Below are positions 17,414-25,470 of a stretch of DNA of 64,000 bases, piece after piece. The stretch comes from an uncultured delta proteobacterium (lineage in GTDB: Bacteria > Desulfobacterota > BSN033 > UBA1163), in contig CAWHBU010000009.1 in the NCBI GenBank assembly GCA_963827685.1, positions 3,357 to 67,356 on the forward strand. Direction: 5' to 3'. A model generated the notes under the pieces. It had not been told where the DNA came from. It ran no database searches and saw nothing but the letters and a program-made list of their open reading frames with translations. Position numbers and translations under genes: made by a program. Each line of letters begins with the position of its first letter. The first letter of the stretch is position 1.

Positions 17414-19365
17414 AATGATTTTCTCCTTCTCACATATTTAATCACCATCACCGGAGCAGAAAGCACGATCAATAGGATCACTCCAAAAAGCAACAACATA
17501 AAGTTGGGCTTGTTCTCAGCCTTCCAGTAGGTTCGCCTGAGCTCCGGATCAACTCGGATATACTTTCTGTAATTTCCGGATATGCTGTGAGACTTGCCGT
17601 TCTTGAACCAGGAATGGCGGAGGACATAGGAAGGGGAATGAACGTTGAATATCCAGGGACACTCCTCAATGACGATCCCCACCATCCTGTGGATCACCGC
17701 CTCCCTTTCCTGTGTGTTTTCCATGTTTTTCATTTTCTCGTAAAGCCTGTCGTATTCTGGATTGGCAAAAGAGGAGCTGTTGGGGTTGGGGGGTGCATTA
17801 GGACCGTAGAGCAGCTGCAGAAAATTCTCCGGGTCAGGGTAATCGGCAATCCAGCCCAAGGAGAACATCTGAAATGTCCCCTTGTGGCTTCTCTCAAGTT
17901 GCTGGGACCAGGTATTGACCTGCAATTTCATCTTTATACCGAGCTGCTCGAAGCATCTCATGTCGAAGGTCGCCACCTCGCGTGCCCTCGTTGATTCGGA
18001 TCCTATATCGTAGACAAGCTCGAGCTGTTTTCCCGTCTTAGCGTCGATTCCACCCGGATAGCCAGCCTTTGCCATGAGCTCCTTCGCCTTCGCGAGATGG
18101 TGGGCCTTGTAAGGGTTCTTCAATTTCGGGTCGTATCCGAAGACGCCCGGGGGCAGGGGGCCCTGGGCGTTGATGGCCCGCCCGTTCATAAAGATCTGGT
18201 TGTAAAGATCGGTATCGTAAGAAAGTGAAAGCGCCTGACGCAGGTATATGTTCCTGCCCAGTATCGGGTCGCGCATGTTGAAAGCCAGGTAATATATGTC
18301 AAGGTCGCTTGCTATCTCAAGCGATATACCTTTCTTGATGAAGTTATCCGAAAGTTCCAGATTCTTCGTGACGACCCTGTCGAACTGTTCCTGGGGGATG
18401 CCCGAACCGTCGAGGTATCCCTGGAGAAAGAGGAGCCATATCGGCTGGGCCGTGGGTATGATGGTATACCAGACCTCGTCAAGAAAGGGCAATGGTTTTC
18501 CGGCATCTTTAAGGAGTCCCCTTTCTTTATCTCCCGGGGCTCCTGTTGATGGATAATATTCTTTCCGGAAGTTGGGATTTCTTTCCATGATGATTCTATG
18601 CTGTCTCTTCCATGACTTGAGCCTGTAAGCACCTGTCCCCACAGGATGGCGGGGAAAACCCTCCTTGCCGGCAGCGTTATAATACTCCACCGCTTCCCTT
18701 GCCACCGGCGCTGTGTAGGGCATGCTCATCACATAGATGAATGCCGGGAAGGGTTCCGTCAGGGTAATTTTCAGAGTGCGATCATCGATTGCCTTCAGTC
18801 CTTCTACATTCCAGGAATAGTCTGCTCTTCCGGTTGCAGCCGCCTTCTTAAAAAAATCATCGATACCTTTTATCTTTCCGGCCACAAGCCAGTATCCAGT
18901 GGATTGCACGGCCGGGTCCGCAAGTCTCTTTATGGAATAAACAACGTCGTTTGCGGTGACACGTCTTCCCTTACCTCCGGCAAAGCATGGATCATCCTGA
19001 AAAAAGATGTCATCCCTCAGTTTGAATAGGTATTCCATCCTTGCTTTCTTTTTTGTTTCCCCCTTTTCCTGCACATTCTCGTAGAAGATACGCTTTTCAG
19101 GATAACTGGCAGCGAGCGCCGGCACGACCCTGTAGGGTCTGTCGAGGTATGCGTTCTGGTAAAGGGCGTCGTAGAACTGGCAGAGTATTTCGGCTGAGGT
19201 CGTGTCGGAGACTTGCGCCGGGTCAAGAGTCCTGGGGTCCTCTCCCAGGGCTGTATACCCGATCAATTTATCGCTTTCAGGCGGATAAGGACTGTTTCCA
19301 CAAGCAGGGATGAATACTATTAGAAAGAAGAAAGGAAAGATAAGAAGAAGGGTTCTGGTTCTCAG
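17410..19365 (-). CDS. Family-5 (OppA/DppA-like) substrate-binding lipoprotein with a C-terminal TM helix. The start codon is uncertain.
   Basis: The track ORF starts at a TTG at 19266 with no signal peptide. The in-frame upstream extension encodes RTRTLLLIFPFFFLIVFIPACGNSPY, a lipobox. The only start candidates are non-canonical: CTG at 19365 with AAGGA 8 nt upstream. The C-terminus NFMLLLFGVILLIVLSAPVMVIKYVRRRKSF is a TM anchor. Confidence 0.75.
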   Translation of the reverse strand: MRTRTLLLIFPFFFLIVFIPACGNSPYPPESDKLIGYTALGEDPRTLDPAQVSDTTSAEILCQFYDALYQNAYLDRPYRVVPALAASYPEKRIFYENVQEKGETKKKARMEYLFKLRDDIFFQDDPCFAGGKGRRVTANDVVYSIKRLADPAVQSTGYWLVAGKIKGIDDFFKKAAATGRADYSWNVEGLKAIDDRTLKITLTEPFPAFIYVMSMPYTAPVAREAVEYYNAAGKEGFPRHPVGTGAYRLKSWKRQHRIIMERNPNFRKEYYPSTGAPGDKERGLLKDAGKPLPFLDEVWYTIIPTAQPIWLLFLQGYLDGSGIPQEQFDRVVTKNLELSDNFIKKGISLEIASDLDIYYLAFNMRDPILGRNIYLRQALSLSYDTDLYNQIFMNGRAINAQGPLPPGVFGYDPKLKNPYKAHHLAKAKELMAKAGYPGGIDAKTGKQLELVYDIGSESTRAREVATFDMRCFEQLGIKMKLQVNTWSQQLERSHKGTFQMFSLGWIADYPDPENFLQLLYGPNAPPNPNSSSFANPEYDRLYEKMKNMENTQEREAVIHRMVGIVIEECPWIFNVHSPSYVLRHSWFKNGKSHSISGNYRKYIRVDPELRRTYWKAENKPNFMLLLFGVILLIVLSAPVMVIKYVRRRKSF

Positions 19366-19484
19366 AGAAAATATCCTTTCGAACAGTATGGATTAAAATA
19401 TTATAGAGGATATTTTACTCCTTCACAATCCTTAATTGGGATGTCTTTAATTCCAAAATCCGCAATCCGCATTCTGCATGGCAT

Positions 19485-20165
19485 CTATCGGCTGGTTACC
19501 AGTACCTTGAAGCCCATCTGCGAAAGTTTTTCCGCCATCACCAAAGCTGATTCTCTTGTGTCGAATTGTCCCACTCTCACCCGGTGATATTTCTGGGTCT
19601 GTGTTTCCAGCGCTGTGACGGAGACGCCGTCAAAGTTTTTTCGGAGCTGTTCAGCTAATCTCTGGGCATTGGTTTCATCAATGAAAGAACCTACCTGGAG
19701 AGTGAAACGCTGAACCTGCTCGATTACAGTACCAATCACTTCTACTTTGACCAAAGCGGTTCCTTTTTCCCGCATTCCGAGCATCTGGGCAGCGGCAGAG
19801 GAGACGTCGATAATCCTCTCTTTAACAAAAGGACCCCGATCGTTGACCTTCAACTCAACGGATCTTCCATTCTCCAAATTGGTAACCATAACCATTGTAC
19901 CTAAGGGAAGGGTATTATGGGCGCAGGTGAGTTGGTGCATATCGTAAACTTCACCACTCGATGTCTGTTTTCCGTGAAAGTCTGCTCCATACCAGGACGC
20001 AATCCCCTGTTGAACCCCGCGGGACTCCCTCTTTTCGATGGCTCCTTTTTCAGGAGAAGGCATTCTCTTTTCATAAACAATGCGATATCTGGGAGCACAG
20101 GCGGCCAAAAACAGAATGAAGAATACAAAGGTTAAAATTAAAAATCTAAAATTTGTTTTTTTCAT
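19485..20165 (-). CDS. rlpA: Septal ring lytic transglycosylase RlpA-family lipoprotein with a SPOR domain
   Basis: I chose the start MKKTNFRFLILTFVFFILFLAAC, which carries a lipobox. The DPBB core is GIASWYGADFHGKQTSSGEVYD...AHNTLPLGTMVMVTNLENGRSVELKVNDRGPF. The C-terminal fold is SPOR-like. Confidence 0.85.
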   Translation of the reverse strand: MKKTNFRFLILTFVFFILFLAACAPRYRIVYEKRMPSPEKGAIEKRESRGVQQGIASWYGADFHGKQTSSGEVYDMHQLTCAHNTLPLGTMVMVTNLENGRSVELKVNDRGPFVKERIIDVSSAAAQMLGMREKGTALVKVEVIGTVIEQVQRFTLQVGSFIDETNAQRLAEQLRKNFDGVSVTALETQTQKYHRVRVGQFDTRESALVMAEKLSQMGFKVLVTSR

Positions 20166-20264
20166 TTTTGTCTCAGTTTCGAGTAGAAGAAGCTTTAGCC
20201 TCCCATTATTCCTTTTTTTTAGCTTACTCAGAAACTGCCTGCATGTAGTAAGCATAATTAATTC

Positions 20265-20294
20265 GTAAATTATATCGCATGCGATATAATTTAC
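20265..20294. repeat. 30-bp perfect palindrome GTAAATTATATCGCA|TGCGATATAATTTAC
   Basis: Read directly from the sequence. It lies in a very AT-rich spacer at the transition from rlpA to the GC-rich QueG-like gene. Confidence 0.9.
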
Positions 20295-20353
20295 AACTAC
20301 AATATTTTATTCTGATACTTGAACGAGTTAGATATGCGCCCCCCAATATTTTC

Positions 20354-20382
20354 TTGACATTACCACCAAATTTCCATAAATT
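20354..20382 (+). promoter_or_regulatory. Candidate promoter: TTGACA, 17-nt spacer, TAAATT
   Basis: -35 at 20354-20359 and -10 at 20377-20382, about 30 nt upstream of the ATG at 20415. Confidence 0.4.
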
Positions 20383-20414
20383 TTACTAAAAATAGGCATT
20401 AAATATAAAAGATA

Positions 20415-21131
20415 ATGTTCGACATGAGAACCATGAACGATAATCTTGTCCGTTTGCTTGATGCGTGGCCATGCTGCACCCTTGGCACTGTTCGTATTCC
20501 TGACTTACCGGAACGGGAGCGGTCCTTCTTCGCTGACTTCATGCCAGCAGCGCGTACAGCAATCACATTGGGGCATCACGTCACTACGGAAGAGGAATGG
20601 ACTTGGTATGCAACAGGGGCAGGCGGAGAACACTGCGCGGCGGATGATCACGCAAGGGGATTATGCGAGATGATTAAAGCAGAGTTGATCCAATCAGGGC
20701 ATGAAACCGAGATAGTGAACTACCCAGGTACGAGCGGTCTGCAATTCCGCTATGTGGCACAGGTTGCAGGCCTCGGGGCTATTGGCATGAATGCCTTTCT
20801 GTTTCATCCTACGTGGGGGCCATGGATTCATCTTCGTGTACTTGCAACGACGGCAAAACTTGAAATTCACCCGAAGATGTCTGGTGATCAACTCTGTAAT
20901 CAGTGCACGCTTTGCGTGACTGAATGCCCTGCAGGTGCGATATCGGACGGAGCGTTCTCAGGACAGCAATGTCGTTCTTATCGCAAAGCCCAAGGCGAGT
21001 ATGAGCCGTACGGAGCAAGGGGAGAGTTCAGATACTGTAAGCGATGTGTCCGGGTCTGTCCGCGGGGGAAGCGACCGCAGGAGCGGGATAGACAAGGAGG
21101 GACTGTCGAACAATCGCATACCTTTAGGTGA
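20415..21131 (+). CDS. QueG-like (epoxyqueuosine-reductase-related) 4Fe-4S double-cluster protein
   Basis: 238 aa. FRYVAQVAGLGAIGMNAFLFHPTWGPWIHLRVLATTAKLE is followed by CNQCTLCVTECPAGAI and YCKRCVRVCP. GC content is visibly higher than in the flanking DNA. Confidence 0.55.
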   Translation: MFDMRTMNDNLVRLLDAWPCCTLGTVRIPDLPERERSFFADFMPAARTAITLGHHVTTEEEWTWYATGAGGEHCAADDHARGLCEMIKAELIQSGHETEIVNYPGTSGLQFRYVAQVAGLGAIGMNAFLFHPTWGPWIHLRVLATTAKLEIHPKMSGDQLCNQCTLCVTECPAGAISDGAFSGQQCRSYRKAQGEYEPYGARGEFRYCKRCVRVCPRGKRPQERDRQGGTVEQSHTFR

Positions 21132-21206
21132 ATAGAAGTCAAGCTGACCCGGAATAACGCTGGTTGAAATTGGCAAAGCGCTATGGCCGGTCAACTCGGC
21201 CGTTGA

Positions 21207-23004
21207 GCCTGTAGAAAAAGTCTTAAAAGCATGATAAAATCGCCATATCAGTAGCGGCAAAGAGAGCGGAGACCGCTTAGGAGGGACTGGATGGCGAGAT
21301 ACAAAGAGTTTGATTATTCACAGGGAAAGTTCATACCGATCCACTTTGACCGACAGATCTTACCCGGGACGTTTGAGTATAGCCTTCATTACCTCATTGA
21401 CAACGAGATAGACCTGTCGATTTTTGATTGCCGGTACCGAAACGACGAGATGGGAGCGCCGGCATACGATCCCGCCGTCCTATTAAAGATTATCCTGTAT
21501 GTGTACTCACGAGGAATCACCTCGAGCCGAAAGATAGCGCAGTGTTGTCAAGAGAATGTTATCTTCATGGCGCTCTCGGCGGATACGCAGCCTCACTTTA
21601 CAACGATCTCAGACTTCATTTCGACCTCGGGCCAGGAGATCATCCATCTGTTTCTAGAGATACTGTTGATCTGCGATGAGATGGGGCTGATCGGGAAAGA
21701 GATGTTTGCAGTGGATGGCTGCAAGCTGCCTTCAAACGCCTCGAAAGAATGGAGCGGGACGAAGAAAGAACTGGAGAAGAAAAGAGAGAAGATGGAGAAG
21801 GTGATCAGGCAGATTGTCAAGCGGCATCGGGAGGTGGATGTTACCGAGGCGGACCGGGGAGTGATGGAGCAAGAAGAGCAGTATGTGGAGACCCTTCGGG
21901 GGAAGGTAAAGAAGATAAAGGCATGGCTACGAGAAAACGAGGACAAACCTGGCAAGAGCGGTAAGCCCGTGAAGAGCAACATCACGGACAATGAGAGCGC
22001 CAAGATGAAGACCTCGCACGGGGTGATCCAGGGTTACGATGGGGTAGCGGTGGTAGACGGAAAGCACCAGGTGGTTGTACATGCGGAGGCATTTGGAGCA
22101 GCGCAGGAACATGATCTTCTTCTTCCTATGCTCGAGGGGACGAGGGAGAACTTCGAGGCCGTCGGCATTAAACAGGATATCTTCGAGAAAGCAAAGCTCA
22201 CAGCGGACAGTGGGTTTCATACCGAGGCGAATATGAAGGAGGTCATGGGGCAAGGGATCGATGCCTATATTGCAGACACGCAGTTTCGGAAGCGGGACCC
22301 GCGGTTTTCGGACGTTGACAAATACAAAGAGCAATTCAGAAAGGAGAGGGCTGAGTACTACGGAGTGGCCGACTTATACAGGCCACACAGGGATTTTACG
22401 ATCAGCGAAGACAAGACTCATTGCATCTGTCCTGGGGGTAAGCGCCTGTATCGCAATGGGGGGAATGTGGTGGTCAACGGTCAGCGGGCCATCAAGTTTC
22501 ATGGGAGAAAGACCGACTGTCGGATCTGCGGACTACGGGAGAGATGCCTGAGACATCCGGACAGAACGGAAGCAAGACAGGTGTACTTCTTTCAGGGGAG
22601 TGCGGGGTCCAAGCCGGAGACGTTTACACAGAAGATGAAGCGCAAAATAGATTCGATAAAAGGCAGACTCATCTACAACAGGAGACTCGGAACGGCAGAA
22701 CCTGTATTTGGGAATATCTGCTCTACCTTAGGGTTGAACCGATTTACCCTTCGAGGGAAACGAAAAGTGAACACCCAGTGGTTACTCTACTGTGCGGTGC
22801 ACAATCTATTTAAAGTGCATCGATACGGTCTGGAGCTTGCGTGAAGGAGCCGGATTGGGTGATAGGGTATTGGGGTAAGAAAAATATCATGAAAAGACGA
22901 ACATTTCGCCAAGAATCGGAAAAACTTTTGATGACAGAAAATAATTTCCTATTTTTGATCCAGCAGAAGAAGCAGTTTTTAAAAAAGCGACTTTTTCTGC
23001 AGGC
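21207..23004 (+). mobile_element. IS1182-family-like insertion sequence, about 1.8 kb
   Basis: Terminal inverted repeats are GCCTGTAGAAAAAGTC (21207-21222) and GACTTTTTCTGCAGGC (22989-23004), matching at 15 of 16 positions. They enclose a single 517-aa transposase ORF. No clear target duplication was seen. Confidence 0.7.
21291..22844 (+). CDS. IS1182/IS5-like DDE transposase with a DUF772-type N-terminal domain
   Basis: YDPAVLLKIILYVYSRGITSSRKIAQCCQENVIFMALSADTQPHFTTISDFIS and AVDGCKLPSNASK are typical of IS1182-family transposases. Confidence 0.75.
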   Translation: MARYKEFDYSQGKFIPIHFDRQILPGTFEYSLHYLIDNEIDLSIFDCRYRNDEMGAPAYDPAVLLKIILYVYSRGITSSRKIAQCCQENVIFMALSADTQPHFTTISDFISTSGQEIIHLFLEILLICDEMGLIGKEMFAVDGCKLPSNASKEWSGTKKELEKKREKMEKVIRQIVKRHREVDVTEADRGVMEQEEQYVETLRGKVKKIKAWLRENEDKPGKSGKPVKSNITDNESAKMKTSHGVIQGYDGVAVVDGKHQVVVHAEAFGAAQEHDLLLPMLEGTRENFEAVGIKQDIFEKAKLTADSGFHTEANMKEVMGQGIDAYIADTQFRKRDPRFSDVDKYKEQFRKERAEYYGVADLYRPHRDFTISEDKTHCICPGGKRLYRNGGNVVVNGQRAIKFHGRKTDCRICGLRERCLRHPDRTEARQVYFFQGSAGSKPETFTQKMKRKIDSIKGRLIYNRRLGTAEPVFGNICSTLGLNRFTLRGKRKVNTQWLLYCAVHNLFKVHRYGLELA

Positions 23005-23024
23005 ACGTTGGCGATAACAACCAA

Positions 23025-23054
23025 TTTACATAGACACCTGATTTAAGGTACAAT
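23025..23054 (+). promoter_or_regulatory. Candidate promoter of the R-M cassette: TTTACA, 18-nt spacer, TACAAT
   Basis: The -10 ends 11 nt before the ATG at 23066 and there is no Shine-Dalgarno sequence. This implies a near-leaderless mRNA. The site lies 20 nt outside the IS right end. Confidence 0.35.
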
Positions 23055-23065
23055 AAATTACAAAA

Positions 23066-24352
23066 ATGAAAACCATACACAAAATAATTCATGGCGATTC
23101 CAGACAAATGAATCTGGTGACCGATGAATCGGTTCATTTGATCATTACGTCACCCCCGTACTGGCAGCTTAAAGATTACGGGACAAGCGATCAAATCGGA
23201 TACCATGAGACTTATGAGAGTTATATCAATAACCTGAGTCTTGTCTGGAAGGAATGTCATCGGGTTTTGCACTCAGGCTGCCGCCTTTGCATAAACATCG
23301 GGGATCAGTTCGCCCGCTCGGTTTATTATGGACGGTACAAGGTAATCCCGATTCGAACCGAAATCATTAAATTCTGCGAGACAATCGGGTTTGACTACAT
23401 GGGGGCGATCATCTGGCAAAAGGTGACAACGACCAATACAACAGGCGGAGCCACTATAATGGGAAGTTTTCCTTATCCCCGCAACGGAATTCTGAAACTC
23501 GATTATGAGTTTATTCTGTTGTTTAAAAAACAAGGCATCCCGCCAAAACCAACCCGAGAGCAAAAAGAACTGTCGGTCATATCAAAGGATGATTGGAATA
23601 TTTATTTTTCAGGCCACTGGTATTTTGCAGGCGCTAAACAGGAAGGGCATATCGCCATGTTCCCCGAAGAACTGCCCACCCGGCTTATCAAAATGTTTTC
23701 TTTTGCAGGGGATACGGTTCTTGATCCCTTCCTCGGTAGCGGTACCACTTCAATGGCTGCCCGTAATCTGGGGCGGCATTCAATCGGTTATGAAATTAAC
23801 GAGAATTTTATTCCAACCATCAGAAAAAAGCTCCGAATCGAACAAGCCGATCTTTACGGAACAGAATACATCTTTTTAAAAGACAATATAAAAACCGACT
23901 TGAACGAAGACATTGCAAGGCTGCCCTATATCTTCAAAGACCCTCATAAACTCGATAAGAAGATTGATCCGAAAAAGCTTCAATTCGGCTCCAGAATTGA
24001 CGAAAACAGCGGGGAACGCGAAGAGTATTACTCGGTTAAGGAAGTGATCAGCCCTGAGCTGATTAGACTCAGCAACGGATTGCTTGTCCGCCTTATCGGA
24101 GTAAGAGAGGATAAGGCATTGAATGGTTTGGCGGTTAATTTCATTACTGAAAAAACGAAGGGACAAAAAGTATTTCTGAAATTTGATAGTCAAAAGTACG
24201 ATAATGAGAATCGCCTGCTTTGTTATATCTATTTAAAAAACAAAACATTTCTTAATGCACATCTCATAAAGGAAGGGCTTGCAGAGGTAGACTGCTCTAT
24301 TGATTTCAAATACAAGGATAAATTCGTAAAACTCGGAGCCAGACATGGCTAA
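23066..24352 (+). CDS. Beta-class N4/N6 DNA methyltransferase (SPPY motif, probably m4C) fused to a C-terminal SNase-like domain
   Basis: Motif IV is ITSPPYWQ near the N-terminus and motif I is DPFLGSGTT at about aa 220, the beta-class order. Roughly aa 320-428 align to staphylococcal nuclease: VRLIGVREDK vs RLLLVDTPET, LAVNFITEKTKGQKVFLKFD, NRLLCYIYLKNKTFLNAHLIKEGLAEV vs [26 protein letters not shown]. Confidence 0.8.
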   Translation: MKTIHKIIHGDSRQMNLVTDESVHLIITSPPYWQLKDYGTSDQIGYHETYESYINNLSLVWKECHRVLHSGCRLCINIGDQFARSVYYGRYKVIPIRTEIIKFCETIGFDYMGAIIWQKVTTTNTTGGATIMGSFPYPRNGILKLDYEFILLFKKQGIPPKPTREQKELSVISKDDWNIYFSGHWYFAGAKQEGHIAMFPEELPTRLIKMFSFAGDTVLDPFLGSGTTSMAARNLGRHSIGYEINENFIPTIRKKLRIEQADLYGTEYIFLKDNIKTDLNEDIARLPYIFKDPHKLDKKIDPKKLQFGSRIDENSGEREEYYSVKEVISPELIRLSNGLLVRLIGVREDKALNGLAVNFITEKTKGQKVFLKFDSQKYDNENRLLCYIYLKNKTFLNAHLIKEGLAEVDCSIDFKYKDKFVKLGARHG

Positions 24353-24977
24353 GGAATGGATTCTAAACAGTGCAATGAATCGTTTTCAATTGAACTTCAA
24401 AAGGAATGTCGGCCCAACTTCTGAGAGCATCAGGCAGTGTTCGCCAAGAACGATAGATGAATGGCGTGATTACTACTTTAAGAACGTCCGGTCAAGGGAA
24501 CATATAGAAGAACTCGGCAGGAAGCTTCATGTCAAAATAACCGAAGTGATTCAGGCCGAAGTCGAAGAAATCACGGAGCAAGATTGTATTGACTACATGG
24601 TTCAGTTGGTCATTGACCGCACATTCGATGGTTACATGACCGAGATCAAGACCATCTACGGGCAGTTGGAAAAAGAACTCCAGGTTAAGATTGAACCGGC
24701 TCCTGACGAATGGGACAGACTTTTTAATGTTGATTTCTTCATAAGAATCAAAGACAAATATATCGGGATACAAATAAAACCGGTCAATCAAGGAATACAG
24801 TTATCACAAATTTTTAAAGAAAAGGAACTACAGCTCAAAACTCATGAAAAGTTTACTAAACAATATGGCGGTAAGGTTTTCTACATTTTCTCATCCAAGG
24901 TCGGGGAAAGAAAAGAGATTAGAAACAAAGAAGTAATTGCCGAGATAAAACAGGAAATTGAACGGCTCAAAAAATAA
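24345..24977 (+). CDS. Putative type II restriction endonuclease, PD-(D/E)xK-like, possibly MjaI-like
   Basis: 210 aa. There is an 8-nt overlap with the methyltransferase stop (ATGGCTAA). A candidate catalytic core is NVDFFIRIKDKYIGIQIKP (D...Q-x-K). The family assignment is from memory only and is weak. Confidence 0.5.
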   Translation: MAKEWILNSAMNRFQLNFKRNVGPTSESIRQCSPRTIDEWRDYYFKNVRSREHIEELGRKLHVKITEVIQAEVEEITEQDCIDYMVQLVIDRTFDGYMTEIKTIYGQLEKELQVKIEPAPDEWDRLFNVDFFIRIKDKYIGIQIKPVNQGIQLSQIFKEKELQLKTHEKFTKQYGGKVFYIFSSKVGERKEIRNKEVIAEIKQEIERLKK

Positions 24978-25009
24978 GATGTTCGCTAACGAATCGATCC
25001 AGCCAACCG

Positions 25010-25135
25010 CTGCTTGTGGGGATATTTACGAAGAGAGGCAACCTCGTCAGAGTCATCTCTGCACGAGACATGAACACTAAGGAGAGAAAATTCTATGAAG
25101 AAAATGAAAAGGAAAATTCCGAATTTCAAGAATGA
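25010..25135 (+). pseudogene. brnT: brnT (DUF497 toxin) C-terminal remnant
   Basis: The frame reads ...LLVGIFTKRGNLVRVISARDMNTKERKFYEENEKENSEFQE*. This matches the conserved BrnT C-terminus (hh.Y..R...IRIISAR.A...ER..Y). No N-terminal half exists, because the restriction-enzyme stop is at 24975-24977. The remnant overlaps the brnA start as intact brnTA operons do. Confidence 0.65.
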
Positions 25136-25412
25136 AGACGAAGAACGAGAATTTTGGGCTACCCATTCCCCTCTCGATTATTTTGATTCGAAAAAGTTCA
25201 AAAGGGGTTCATTTCCCAATCTGAAGCCCTCACTCAAATCCATCTCTATTCGTCTCCCAGAAGATTTGCTGATTGAGCTCAAGACCCTTGCAAATAAGAA
25301 GGATGTGCCTTATCAAAGTCTTGCAAAAATTTTTCTCGCAAAACAAATTGTCCTCGAACGGGAATCCTTGAGTAGCGCTTCCGGAAGACGCAAAGAAAAA
25401 GTTGCAGCCTAA
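25095..25412 (+). CDS. brnA: BrnA-type antitoxin (CopG/RHH-like)
   Basis: 105 aa: NEDEEREFWATHSPLDYFD...ISIRLPEDLLIELKTLANKKDVPYQSLAKIFL. Confidence 0.8.
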   Translation: MKKMKRKIPNFKNEDEEREFWATHSPLDYFDSKKFKRGSFPNLKPSLKSISIRLPEDLLIELKTLANKKDVPYQSLAKIFLAKQIVLERESLSSASGRRKEKVAA

Positions 25413-25470
25413 CACTCCAGCGGATGGCTTACGGCCACCGCTGACGTTTGCGGTTCTCTGGAGAAAGAAA

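Noticed and set aside
22899-23036. 45-codon ORF (MKRRTFRQESEKLL...) crossing the right inverted repeat of the IS1182-like element
   Set aside because: It has no Shine-Dalgarno sequence and is low-complexity and basic. It spans the IS boundary, so it is probably fortuitous.
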